DNA of 56,169 nucleotides, the filler included, from Squatina squatina (Eukaryota), in assembly GCA_031763465.1 (NCBI GenBank). It is 3 parts of 3 records of this genome, joined end to end, with 100 filler letters (N's around TTAATTAATTAA, not from the genome) between each part and the next. Parts side by side here need not be neighbours in the genome. Positions count along the whole stretch, not along the records: positions 1 to 25,554 come from JARFOE010000162.1; positions 25,655 to 41,610 come from JARFOE010000115.1; 1 more part is not named here. The stretch is one strand, 5' to 3'. A program made the position numbers and the translations under genes. Positions 21,820 to 33,769 of the stretch are shown piece by piece; within the stretch, counting starts at the first letter, position 1; every line of letters begins with the position of its first letter. The notes under the pieces are model-generated. The model had not been told where the DNA came from and did not search any database. It saw nothing but the letters and a program-made list of their open reading frames with translations.

Positions 21820-22344
21820 GTGTGTACAAGATGTGTAATATGGGAGTCTATTAGACAACAGTTGTTGAGGTGAATGAGGTGTGATATAGTTAGTGATATC
21901 ACAGCACCTCATTTTAACAAAGACTCCAACCTCCCTTACCAATGTCTGTTTATGTCACAATAGATTCTCCTCTTCATTTTACACCTCATTACATTCTATT
22001 TGCTCTTGTTAAACAGCCATCACCATGGGCTGGGGCACTACCCATTTGTCTGCTGTACTTTTTGTTTTTGCCAGTGTGAATAAAAATATATGGGACGATC
22101 CCACCTGCACAAAGCTTACTGGCACCATCGGAATGATGGGATAGTGTTGGCAGTGCTTAACACACCAGCTGCATTAATCTCTCCTTGGTCCTAACTTCCC
22201 TGTAGTAATGGACTAAAGCCCAACAGTGGGATCAATGGGAATTTAGAGACAAAATTGTCATTATATTTTATCAACTGTTGGAAAGTTGGTGTGAAACATA
22301 GGCAGAATCATGGGAAACGGGTCCATAGGCAGCCTCTGTTTTCT

Positions 22345-22600
22345 CAGTCTTGATGTGTGAGCCTCAACAGCTAGTGTGGGCAGAGTTCTTGACCAGGGCA
22401 GCATCAAAACTCAACCTGACCCTTGTGCAACAGCTACTCTCCACTGCACTGAATTGTGATCAGAAATAGGAACCCTGCCTGACTTTCTCCTCTAAGTCCA
22501 AGGACACTAAGGCCCATTATAGATCCCAACTACAGCCCCAGTTGAGATACGTTAATGAAGCACAGGCTGGTGATGGAACATGGGAAGTTTTGGTCACCTT
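22345..22600 (-). mobile_element. Old SINE-like interspersed repeat (same family as 52015-52340)
   Basis: Diverged reverse-complement similarity to 52015-52340 (ctgatcac/ctgattgc, ggccttagtg/ggcttcagta, gctcacacat/ttcacaaat). Confidence 0.45.
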
Positions 22601-23272
22601 CCTTTCATTGTAAGTCAACCCTTCTTTGCTCCAGCACATAATAATTTTCTTGTAGTTCTGCTCCAAGCTTTTTCAAATGAATAATGCATTCAGGTTGGTA
22701 GTTACTTTTCTTCACATCCTTGACTTATGGTTAATAGGAGACTACAAAATGTATTTATTATTCAGTAAATTTTAAAAATCTAAAGCTATGATTTCAATTG
22801 AACAATCGGTAAAATAGCATATCTGTAGTCCACTGCCCTCATCGCTACCAACATTTCAATGCTCAGACTCTGAGGACCCGCATCCAACTGTTCCAATTGA
22901 TTCCACTGGTCACTAATTCGCACATAAAAATTAATTTCTATTGCCTTTATTTTCCTTTTTAGGTTCTGAATGAACCAGGATTCAGTAACAAAGCAATAAC
23001 TGGGCTTAACGGGCCAGAATTTGCTGGCAAAATAACAGCGAATTTAATGCGCTCACTGTTATTAATGTGTAAATCGTCCAGCAGCTTGTGGCGAGGAAGA
23101 GATACCCCATGATTTGTGAATGGCCACAAGTTGCTGGACGATTTGCACTGCTCCACCGTTAGCTTCACAAANNNNNNNNNNNNNNNNNNNNNNNNNNNNN
23201 NNNNNNNNNNNNNNNNNNNNNNNNNNNNNNNNNNNNNNNNNNNNNNNNNNNNNNNNNNNNNNNNNNNNNNNA

Positions 23273-24010
23273 GATATAGACGACAAAATCCAACACCGTT
23301 TCCAGTGTGCCAGCACAGCCTTCAGCCACTTGAGGAAGAGAGTGTTTGAAGACAAAGAACTCAAACCCGGCACCAAGTTCATGGTCTACAGGGCAGCAGT
23401 GATACCCACCCTCCGAAATGCATCGGAGACATGGTCATTGTACAGCAAACACCTCAAAGCACTGGGGAATTACCACCAATTATGCCTCTGCAAAATCCTG
23501 CAAAGCCACTGGCAGGATAAATGCACTAACATCAGCGTCCTCTCTCAGGCCAACATCCCCAGCATCGAGACAGTGGTCACGCTCAACCAGCTGCGATGGG
23601 TGGGTCACATCATCCGGGCGCTTGAGTCAAGACTCCCGAACCAAGAACTATATTCCCAGCTCCGTCATGGCAAGCGACTTCCAGGAGGGCAGAGGAAACT
23701 CTTCAAAAATGTCCTCAAAGCCGACCTGAAAAAATGCAACATCCTCACCAGCTCGTGGAAATTTCTGGCCCAAGATCATCCAAACTGTAGGAGAAGCATC
23801 CGCAAACGCGCCAATTATGTCAAGCTTCTCCAGCAGGAGCACGTGGAGGCCAAGCGCAGGCAGCGGAAGGAACGCGCAGAAACCCGGGCATCCCATTCAC
23901 TTGCCCCATCAAACACCACCTGCTCCGCCTGTGGTCGAGTTTGTGGATCCCGTATTGGACTTTTCAGCCACCTCAGAAACCATAACTCCGGAATGGAAGC
24001 AATTCATCTT
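23273..24010 (+). mobile_element. RTE-clade LINE ORF C-terminal fragment
   Basis: DIDDKIQHRFQCASTAFSHLRKRVF...TKFMVYRAAVIPTL...QLRWVGHIIR...RLPNQELYSQL..GKR..GGQRK and C-terminal CxxC...SRIGLFSH zinc finger; open frame of about 245 aa. Confidence 0.9.
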
Positions 24011-24704
24011 NNNNNNNNNNNNNNNNNNNNNNNNNNNNNNNNNNNNNNNNNNNNNNNNNNNNNNNNNNNNNNNNNNNNNNNNNNNNNNNNNNNNNNNNNN
24101 NNNNNNNNNNATCTCTTCCCATGCAGATTAACTGGCAGCGTAATTCAGAAATCGGGCCTGAAATTTGACCCATGACCTTTGCAATTGAGGGCAAAGTTAT
24201 CCGCAGATTGGTGCATCTAAAGAAGTTATGACAGTATCTGTGGTTGTGACTCAGATGTTACGCCAAATGCAGCTGGATTGTTACAGTCTATTTGGATTAT
24301 TAGAGAGGCTTCTAGTTACCTGGGTCGAAGGGGTGTTGGGTGGCAAGGGGGCTTGCCTCTTTCGGGGACTTGTAGCTTTCTCTTTTGCCAAAACCTGTAG
24401 AATTTGAGAATAATCAAATGAAAGAAGCCAGGGAATGGGATAATAATCCAGAAGTGTGGGGCGGAAGAAGTTTCGATGCAGACAAACTTAGAAAGGTGGA
24501 ATCTCAGAGACACGCAGGTGGTAGGAGAGCTTTCTGAGGGAGGACAGTGAGATAGCAGAGAGATGAAGAGGATAAGAAGGGGCTTTGCAGGGATGAGGAG
24601 CAAGGAAAAATCTGAGACACAGTGCACCAGGTGTGGAGGGAGGCATGGAGGGGGCGAAGACTCCAGGAATGTGGAGAAAGAGAAGGTGAAAGGTGTGTTC
24701 CATG

Positions 24705-25412
24705 AGGCCGACATTATTTTTTTAAATAGTGAAAAATTGGGAAATGTTGGTATCCAGAAGGACCTGGTGTCCTTGTACATGAATCACTGAAAATTAACAT
24801 GCAGGTACAGCAAGCAATCAGGTAAGACTTTATTACAAAAGGATTGGAGTGTATGAGTAAAGACATCTTACTGCAATTATATAGAGCCTTGGTGAGACCA
24901 CACCTGAAGTACAGTATATAGTTTTGGTCTCCTTACCTAACAAAGGATATACTTGCCTTAGAGGGAGTGCAAGGAATTTCACTAGACTGATTCCTGGGTG
25001 GAGTGAATTGTCCTCGGAGGAGAGATTGAGTAGACTTAGTTTATATTCCCTAGAGTTTAGACGAATGAGAGGTGATCTCATTGAAATGTATAAAATTCTC
25101 ACAGGGTTTGAAATGGTAGAAGCTGGGAGGCTGTTTCCCAGAATAAGGAGTCGACCATTTAGGACAGAGATGAGGAGAAATCTCTTCATTCTTCATTCAA
25201 AGAACCTTTGGAAGTCTCCACCCCAGAGAGCTGTGGATGCTGAATCATTGAGTGTATGCAAGGCTGCGATAGATACATTTTTGTCCACTAGGGGAATCAA
25301 GGGATTTGGAGATCAGATGGGAAGATGGAGTTGAGGTAGAAGATCAGCCATGATCTTATTAAGTGATGAAGCAGGCTCGAGGGGCTGAATGGCCTACTTC
25401 TGCTCCTATTTC
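24705..25412 (+). mobile_element. CR1 LINE 3' region including tail
   Basis: LLQLYRALVRPHLKY, EERLSRLSLYSLEFRRMRGDLIEMYKIL motifs and HER1-type tail. Confidence 0.88.
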
Positions 25413-25554
25413 TTTTATTCTTGAAAGGACATAAAACAGTAGTAAGAAAAGAATTAGGGGAGATGACTATAGGCAAAGAGATATGTTTTGAGGAGATTTC
25501 TGAAGTTGGGTGAAGAAGTAGCAAAGTGTAAGAGCTTAGAGAGAGAGTTCGTGA

Positions 25555-25654
25555 NNNNNNNNNNNNNNNNNNNNNNNNNNNNNNNNNNNNNNNNNNNNTT
25601 AATTAATTAANNNNNNNNNNNNNNNNNNNNNNNNNNNNNNNNNNNNNNNNNNNN
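25555..25654. other. Artificial scaffold linker N44-TTAATTAATTAA-N44
   Basis: Exactly 100 nt and symmetric; TTAATTAATTAA gives stops in all six frames. Confidence 0.95.
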
Positions 25655-25806
25655 ATCATATTGAATGGCGGTGCAGGCTCGAAGGGCCTAATGGCCTACT
25701 CCTGCACCTATTTTCTATGTTTCTATGTATACCCTCCTTTTCTACTGAGGGTTTCCAGTTACAATGAGTCTTTGTCTGCAGGCTGACCTACTGTACCCTG
25801 TTGCAG

Positions 25807-25966
25807 GTGAGAAGCCCTATCAGTGTGATATGTGCGATAAAAGCTTTGCTCAGAAGTGCCAGCTAGTCTTCCACAATCGCATGCACCACGGCGAGGAGAA
25901 GCCGTACGCTTGTGACGTCTGCAACCTTCAGTTTGCAACTTCCAGTAACCTGAAAATTCATGCCAG
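25807..25966 (+). CDS. MYNN: Myoneurin C2H2 zinc-finger exon
   Basis: CAG / GTAATG splice sites; GEKPYQCDMCDKSFAQKCQLVFHNRMHHGEEKPYACDVCNLQFATSSNLKIHAR matches recalled MYNN. Confidence 0.9.
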
Positions 25967-27039
25967 GTAATGTACATTCCGCACATTGTGTAAAGTCTGC
26001 CAGCATCCCGGAGTGAGTCAAGTTCATTATTTAATAACCAGTGAGCTGTTTATGTCCTGTCACTGAGGGAAGTGCTGAGCAGCTCCAGGTCCTCTTTACT
26101 CAATGGTAGTCTGGGATTTTTGCAGTGGATTGAATTCTGTAACCCAGCACCACTTTAGGGAGAGGGAAATTGGGAAATTCCTCTCTGGCCCTCTAAAGTG
26201 ATCAAAATTAGTGCATGGGAGCAGATTGGCCATGATTTATACTCCATTAGGGATGGCCAGTAAATGCTGGCCTTGCCAGCGACGCCCACATCCAGTAAAG
26301 TTGTGGAGCTCATGTGGAAAGTTATCAGTGCTCAACGTTTCAGCACTTCAGATGGAGCTCAGTGGGTGGGGGCCTCGCCGCTCACTGTGTTGTGTAACAG
26401 GTGGGTGTGGAGGCTCCTGGGGGCAGTGTGGTTCCTTCACGCTGCAGCTTTGGGTCAGCATTAATACTCAGCTATCAGATTTGAATTAAAATACAGTAAC
26501 GGTTTTGTGGATTTCTGTCATCTGCCATTTTCAGAACCTGGTTTGTTGGCCGGGGAAACTTGAATTAAGATTTTATGCTTTTTGTGTTCTGAGCAATCCG
26601 CTCAGGTTCCTGGTCCCTCCATTGTGCGCTGCGCTCACTGATCTGAACGGGGGCAGGGCCACGAGCTGTTACTGTGCCCCTTGGGTTTGTAAGAACCAGC
26701 CAGAACTCCTGCTCCAGATCACTGTGCAGTGGCTCCTGCTGGATAGAGCACACATGTGAATGTTGGGTAAGGACAGGATTTGCTGTGACAGTCCACAATT
26801 AATGTGCGACTGCAGTCTCGCACTCCCTAATGTGGGATACTGAAGCTAAGGGACAAGAAATGCAATCGGGAATTCAGGAGAAACTTCTTTACCCAGAGAG
26901 TGGTGAGAATGTGGAACTCGCTCCCACAGGGAGTGGTTGNNNNNNNNNNNNNNNNNNNNNNNNNNNNNNNNNNNNNNNNNNNNNNNNNNNNNNNNNNNNN
27001 NNNNNNNNNNNNNNNNNNNNNNNNNNNNNNNNNNNNNNN

Positions 27040-27520
27040 TCCTGCACACATGGTCACCAGGGGCACTGAAAGTGTTCCAGATTTCCCACATAGCGCAGGA
27101 GGAGCATGCCACGGGGCCGAGCTCACCTCCCATGACTTACCTTTAGATTAAGTTCCTTAGTTACTCACTTTAATTAAGAATACTACTCCAAACACTATCT
27201 ACTACAATCTCAAGTCCCTACATTTACTTTGCTAATGAAAGTAGTAAAAAAAATGGTAGAAATACCCACCTGTTCCTACTTACCAATCAGCTGCCTCCCC
27301 TTGCGATGCATCACTTCTTGAACAATGACATCAGTCCTGGAACTCCTGTGAGGGTCTCAGGTAGAGTGCCTCTCGCTGTTCCTAACCAGGTCCGCCGCCT
27401 CTCGAGCTCCCGCTGCCACTTCGCTCGCTGCTGCTGGGCCTTGCTTCTCTATTTAAGCTCTCCCCAAGCCTCATCTCGAGCTCCTGCTGCTGCTTCCCAT
27501 GGGGTGAGGAGCAGCACTCC
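27040..27520 (-). mobile_element. CR1 LINE 5' end (5' UTR and ORF1 N-terminus)
   Basis: MGGELGPVACSSCAMWEIWNTFSAPGDHVCR zinc-finger start at ATG 27131-27133; UTR is homologous to 27920-28450. Confidence 0.8.
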
Positions 27521-27919
27521 TGCTTCTCCCAACTCCACACTCAAATTAATTTCTTTTATAAACTTAGCTTGTTGTTTGTAGCCTAACAGGCAGTGTCTTT
27601 GCTTTGTATTCACTTTCACAACAGAGAAGGAGGACAAAATACCAGCAGTGCAAGGTAACCTAATATTAAGTCAGGGGGAAAAACTTAGTGGATATAATGT
27701 AAGTAAAATAATGGTAACTGCAAATGTATAAACATATCTCCAGGACTTGAACATTTCAACCCCAGGATATTCAAAGAAATAGATGAGGAAATTGAAGATG
27801 CATAAGTCAGAATTTTTCAAAGCCCTCTCAATTCAGGAAATGGGAGGAAGAGAAAGCAGATTACTATCAAACCATCAGTTTAATATCAGTTGTGGGGAAG
27901 TTACTGGAATCTATCATCA

Positions 27920-28703
27920 AAGCGGTGGCAGCGCGGCCCAGCACCAGTCCAGGCAGCGGACCTGCAAGAGAGTGGGAGAGGCCGAGCGAGAGTATAAACA
28001 GCGGCGGCAGCAAGACCATCTCACAGACCGGCAGCGGCGTTCCAGAGGCATGTCACAATTCAAAAAGTGACGTGGGCAAGAAGAAGCAGCTGATTGAGTG
28101 AGTACGGCCAGGTGAATATTTATACTACTCTACTGCTTAAAAGTTAAGGTTTATACTTTATAAGGTTTAGGAGATCTTTATTTTGTGGTTTATAGTTTAT
28201 AAGGTCTATATTGTGTAGTAGGGAGTGCTAGTAAACAAGGGCACTTGAATAGTTAATATCATTTAATTGTAAGAGTAAACTAAAGGTTTAATTTAACCAT
28301 TTCTACTACATCTGTAGTTCACTAGCTTAAGCAAAAATAAAGGTAAGGACTTTAGCTTGAAGTAGGCAGTGTTTGGAGTGGAATAAGGTCCCTAGTGTAA
28401 TTAGTATTCTTCAATTCAAGGGAGTAAGTAAGGAGCTTAATCTAAGGGTAAGTCATAGCAGGAGAGCCCAGCGCCGTGGTGTGAACCTCCTGTGCTCAGT
28501 GGGAAATCAGGGACACTTCCATTGTCCCTGACAACCATGTATGCGAGAAGTGTATCCAGCTGAAGTTAATGGCTAACTGCATTGCGGTGCTAGAGCTGCA
28601 GATGGATTAACTCTGGAGCATCCACGATGCTGAAAACATCGTGGATAGCAGGTATAGCGAGCTGGACACACCTCAGGTAAAGGCTGCAAATGCAGAAAAG
28701 GGA
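27920..28703 (+). mobile_element. CR1 LINE 5' end (5' UTR and decayed ORF1 zinc-finger/leucine-zipper region)
   Basis: From 28455: AGEPSAVV*TSCAQWEIRDTSIVPDNHVCEKCIQLKLMANCIAVLELQMD*LWSI, with stops. Confidence 0.82.
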
Positions 28704-28803
28704 NNNNNNNNNNNNNNNNNNNNNNNNNNNNNNNNNNNNNNNNNNNNNNNNNNNNNNNNNNNNNNNNNNNNNNNNNNNNNNNNNNNNNNNNNNNNNNNNN
28801 NNN

Positions 28804-29315
28804 TGAGTTGAGCTGAGTTGAGCTGAGTTGAGCTGAGCTGCGTTGAATTGAGTTGAGTTGAGTTGAGTTGAGCTGAGTTGAGTTGAGTTGAGTTGAGCTG
28901 AGCTGAGTTGAGTTGAGTTGAGCTGCGCTGAGTTGAGTTGAGTCGAGTTGAGCTGAGCTGAGTTGAGTTGAGTTGAGCTGAGTTGAGTTGAGTTAAGTTG
29001 AGTTGAGTTTAGCTGAGTTGACTTGAGTTGAGCTGAGTTAAGCTGAGCTGAGCTGAGCTGAGTTGAGTTGAGCTGAGTTGAGTTGAGCTGAGTTGATCTG
29101 AGCTGAGTTGAGTTGAGTTGATTTGAGCTGAGCTGAGTTGAGTTGAGTTGAGTTGAGTTGAGCTGAGTTGAGTTGAGTTGAGTTGAGCTGTGTTGAGCTG
29201 AGCTGAGTTGAATTGAGCTGAGTTGAGTTGAGTTGAGCTGAGTTGAGCTGAGTTGAGCTGAGTTGAGCTGAGCTGCGTTGAATTGAGTTGAGTTGAGTTG
29301 AGTTGAGCTGAGTTG
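28804..29315. repeat. Pentanucleotide satellite (AGTTG/AGCTG)n
   Basis: About 100 pentamer units fill the whole contig. Confidence 0.95.
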
Positions 29316-29415
29316 NNNNNNNNNNNNNNNNNNNNNNNNNNNNNNNNNNNNNNNNNNNNNNNNNNNNNNNNNNNNNNNNNNNNNNNNNNNNNNNNNNNNN
29401 NNNNNNNNNNNNNNN

Positions 29416-30005
29416 AGCAGTGGAATAGTCGAATCTGGAGGTGACAAAGGCTTGGATGAGGGTTTCAGCAACAAATGAGCTGAGGGAAGGGTGGAAATAG
29501 ATGATATTATGGAGGTGGAAGTAGGTGGTCTTAGTGATAGAGAGGATATGGGGTTGGAAGCTCAGCTCAGCTCCAATAGTTCACTGAGGTTTCACACAGT
29601 GGTTCAACTCAAGACAATGACCGGGGAGGGGGATGAGATCAGTGGCAAGAGTATAGAGNNNNNNNNNNTAAGTGATGTTATAGAAACGGTTGTAGACAGT
29701 CTTTACAATGGAGAAGATATGGGGTGAAAAGCTCAGTTCGGGATCCAATACGACGCTTATGTTGTGAACAGTCTGGTTCAGCATGAGGTAGTGGCTGAAG
29801 AGTGAAATTAAATCCTTCGCAAGGATATGGAGTTTCTGGTTCGGGCTAAAGCCTATGGCGTTGGCCTTCCCAATGTTCAGATGAAGGAAATTGCGACTTA
29901 TCTAGCACTCGGTTTCGAATAGACAGGCTGACAATGCAGAGGCGGTAGAGTGGGTACGAGAGGTGGTGGTGGAGTAAAGCTGGGTGTTCTCAGCATACAT
30001 GTAGT
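29416..30005 (-). mobile_element. L2-clade LINE RT fragments (two)
   Basis: Minus-strand AETLIQAFVTSRFDYS and YMYAENTQLY (decayed YADD region). Confidence 0.75.
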
Positions 30006-30603
30006 ACTAGGTAATAGAGAGAGTACTGTGCAGACTGGGAGTTGAGAGATGGATGCGCGAGTGGATTGCGAGCCCAGGTTCTGATCATCACATTGCGGTG
30101 ACCCAAGGCACTGACCTCCTCGCCGGGCTGGTTCACAGGTTCACATTACTTTTCCCATCTGCTCTATTTCAATCTGTTGAGAATCAGCGTGCTCAGGAGG
30201 CAGTGTGAGAGTGGTGAGCGGGGAGTTTGTTTCCGGGGACAGGCAGAGAAGCCGCAGATGGTTCACCCGTGCTTGTTGAAACAAACCCGCAGGGGCCGAG
30301 ACCGAGTGCACGACGGAAATGAAAACCCCCACAACCAGCGGGAACTCACGGGCAGCCGGTGTGAAGCCATGTCGCAGGAACAGAGTCTGTCAGGAGAGAG
30401 CGAGGCAGCAGCGTGATTGGCGGAAGCAAGGTGAGCTCACAGTGAAGTGGGAAAGTGGAAGAGGAAAGGGAAAGGTGTGGCGTTCCACGAACTGCCGGAT
30501 CTTTGGCAGAGAGCCTCCCACTTGTGGAAACTTGGTGGGGAAGGCAGATCGGCGCACGTTCATGCGCTGCTCCTGTTGGGTGGTCAGTGGGCTGGCCGCG
30601 TGA

Positions 30604-30732
30604 TCAGAGGTCAGTGGTGGCCTTGGCGGTCAGTGTCTGGATACGAGTGGCGTTGCAGGTCTTGCAGTAGACGTGTCCATCCAAGGGGTAACATCCTTGA
30701 GTGTCTCCATCAGACAGGAGGATATTACAGTC
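30604..30732 (-). CDS. LPP: Lipoma-preferred partner, last coding exon (end of LIM3 and PDZ-binding tail)
   Basis: CAG acceptor at 30733-30735; DCNILLSDGDTQGCYPLDGHVYCKTCNATRIQTLTAKATTDL*. Not listed in the ORF track. Confidence 0.92.
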   Translation of the reverse strand, partial: DCNILLSDGDTQGCYPLDGHVYCKTCNATRIQTLTAKATTDL

Positions 30733-32239
30733 CTGGAATAAAACGGAATAGTACATGAGGCCAGGATAGTGAGGAGATTCAGCAGCAAAGGGCCATAAAT
30801 GGAGGGATCGAGGGGGAAAGAGGCGGCAATGCTTACACCCAACGAGTTATTGAAGGTATGATCCACTCACCCGATGAAGGTTGGATGGGGACCAGGGAGG
30901 GGGACATTGCTCGGGTACTCGTGCAGGAGGTGTTGTCCCACCCACACCATTCCGCTGACACTGTCCCTGTAACTTGGGACACAGCCATTGCATTGGGCCT
31001 TGGACAAAATGCAGTCCCACGACACCTACCAGGCGCTGGGAGAGCAGGGCCGTGGGCGTTAGCACTGTCACTGAAACACCACCAGTCAGTCAAGTGACTG
31101 ACTGGCATTCCTGCCATCTAAAGAGAAAAATTGCACNNNNNNNNNNNNNNNNNNNNNNNNNNNNNNNNNNNNNNNNNNNNNNNNNNNNNNNNNNNNNNNN
31201 NNNNNNNNNNNNNNNNNNNNNNNNNNNNNNNNNNNNGTGTCCACGTACCCTGCCTGTATTTTCCACTTATATCCAGGTTTGCCCCTGTTCCATCAGCGTA
31301 TTTATTCTCCAGGATTTGTACGCTAAATTAGGTGGTTTTTGTTCTAAATTATCTCGATTACAGACAGCCAGAGGCATTCTCCAATCGTTTAAATGAAATG
31401 TCGCAATGTTTCTTTGCTTCAATGCAGGAGGTCTGATCGCGGTCTGATTAATTCTCTGCCCAAGTGAACCATCAGCTTGCACTGGATCTGTGCCCTCTGC
31501 TGTACTCGATGCCTTGAAACCATTTTCTCTCCTACAGGAACAACAAGTTCTCTCTAAACTATCGGAACAATGTGAGTGTCTGTGTCCTGGGATCATCAAC
31601 TGTTATTTTTCTGCTAACCCAAAAAGGCCTTTGAAAGCACAGAGGCCAGAACTGGATGTACTATTCCATGTCTGGTCTGACTGAACAATTGGACAATGTT
31701 AAACACTGCATCCTTTAAACATTATGGCCTGTTAACTAACCATTAAATGGCAAACAATATCAGAGACCAGGGTTTCACAATGGACTATTGCCCCACCGTT
31801 CCCTTCGCAGTTCAACTTTCAGTCAATTTAACCCTCACTGCAGCCACAAACCTTGATAACAATGCCAACATCCATCAATTAACACTGACCCACTACGCAG
31901 CTCTGTTTACTAAAGACGCCTGCACGTGCCAAGAGTGATCAGGTCGTCTCTCAAAAATGACAACCACCTTTTCCACCACGGTCAGCCCTTTCCATGCAAG
32001 TCCTGGCACTCAGCAGACTCAGAGAGAGGGCCTGTGACGGACACACAACAATCGAGCTGCACCAGCCCTGCCTCGGGGCAAACACTCGGCTTTTGTTCAA
32101 TGTGTGCTTGCCAACGCAACCAAGGGGCGCTTGGTGAATCCAAGACTTTCAGTCCCGCCTCGCTGTCGGAGGGTTGTGGGCTCAAGCCCCAACGCCAAGG
32201 TTCCAGTCTCACGTTCTAGTGCCAGACTGTGTGAGTGTT

Positions 32240-32535
32240 ACATAGAAAATAGGACCAGGAGTCGGCCATTCGGCCCTTCGAGCCTGCACCGCCATTCAAT
32301 GCGATCATGGCTGATCCTGTACCTCATCGCCATATTCCCGCTTTCTCCCCATACCCCTTGATGTCTTTAGTATCGAGGAAATCAATCTATCTGTCTCCTC
32401 CTTGAATCTATTCAATGACTGAGCCTCCACAGCCCTCTGGGGGAGAGAATTCCACAGGTTCACCACCCTCTGAGTGAAGAAATTTCTCCTCATCTCAGTC
32501 CTAAATGGCCGACCCCTTATTCTGAGACTGTGACC
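32240..32535 (-). mobile_element. CR1 LINE 3' end
   Basis: MRRNFFTQRVVNLWNSLPQRAVEAQSLNRFKEETDR plus tail. Confidence 0.88.
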
Positions 32536-32635
32536 NNNNNNNNNNNNNNNNNNNNNNNNNNNNNNNNNNNNNNNNNNNNNNNNNNNNNNNNNNNNNNNNN
32601 NNNNNNNNNNNNNNNNNNNNNNNNNNNNNNNNNNN

Positions 32636-32935
32636 GAGTAAATGAGAGAGAGTGAATGAATGAATGAGAGTGGCAGAGAACAAGAGAGACAGATGGAAAA
32701 ACAATGAAAGATAGAAAGAAGCAGAGAGAGAGAGAGAGAAAGAAGAGAGAGACAAAATCAGATAGAGACAGACAGATGCTGAAATAGTGAGCAAGAGAGA
32801 CGGAGACGAGAAAAAGACAGACACACACAGTTAGTTACACACACACACAAACAGGCAGAAACAGGGTCACTGACACACAGAGATAGTAACAGAAGGCGAG
32901 CATTAGAGAGAGAGAGCGACAGGGAGAGATAGATG
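32636..32935. repeat. Low-complexity GA/CA-rich tract
   Basis: Imperfect (GA)n, (GAAT)n and (CA)n runs. Confidence 0.75.
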
Positions 32936-33068
32936 CTCACACGGGCAGTGACTGCTGGGCCTTGCCCGCGATGCCCACATTCCAAGAATGAATTAAAAAC
33001 CTTACACCCGTCATGCACCAACACCAGGACTGTCGTAGAGAGCGAGGTTTGAGTTCTGCTAGACATAC

Positions 33069-33270
33069 CTTCAGTCACCAGCGGCTGCCCATTCTGTTTA
33101 TAAGGGTTGAACTTGGGTTTTGGGGCCACCACGGGCGCAAATTTCTTCGGGGTTTGTTGAGTGGACACGGAGATGCTGGGAGTGGCGATTGAAGTCATGG
33201 TCTCCACTCTGGCTGGTACATGCCCAGAGTCATCGGTGTCCTTCGGCAGAAGCCATGTTGGGTTGGCCAT
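33069..33270 (-). CDS. LPP: Lipoma-preferred partner, first coding exon
   Basis: MANPTWLLPK...GHVPARVET...PSISVSTQQTPKKFAPVVAPKPKFNPYKQ; TAG acceptor at 33282-33284 and GTATGT donor at 33063-33068. Confidence 0.92.
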
Positions 33271-33769
33271 GATTTATCAACCTACAAAACAAAGAGTTCA
33301 GTTGGAAGGGTTGACTGTGAGGTGGTCGCTGAATCCTACTGAGCACCAAAGCTGTCCCAGCAAATAACAACACTGTTAGATATGAATGAGTCAGGCCATT
33401 CAGCCCGTCCTATCGAATCCATCCCCGCAAACCCTTTAGTCAGCTCCATCAGAGTGTTCCATTGGTCCTTAAATTATTCCAGGCATGTCGTCCCCATTGC
33501 CTCAACCAGAACCCCATTCCCTGTATGTGAAGAACACCCTGGTCCCCAGTCTGACCTTCAGCCTACTGACGTACCTCAGTCTGAAAGTACTGTTCCACAT
33601 TTACCGTTCTGACCCCTGTACTAACTTGCCCAGTTGTCAGGTTACTTCCCTGCCAACTCTTTTATGAATNNNNNNNNNNNNNNNNNNNNNNNNNNNNNNN
33701 NNNNNNNNNNNNNNNNNNNNNNNNNNNNNNNNNNNNNNNNNNNNNNNNNNNNNNNNNNNNNNNNNNNNN

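Noticed and set aside
28590-29474. 294-aa QLNST-repeat ORF
   Set aside because: Translation of a pentamer satellite read through N gaps.
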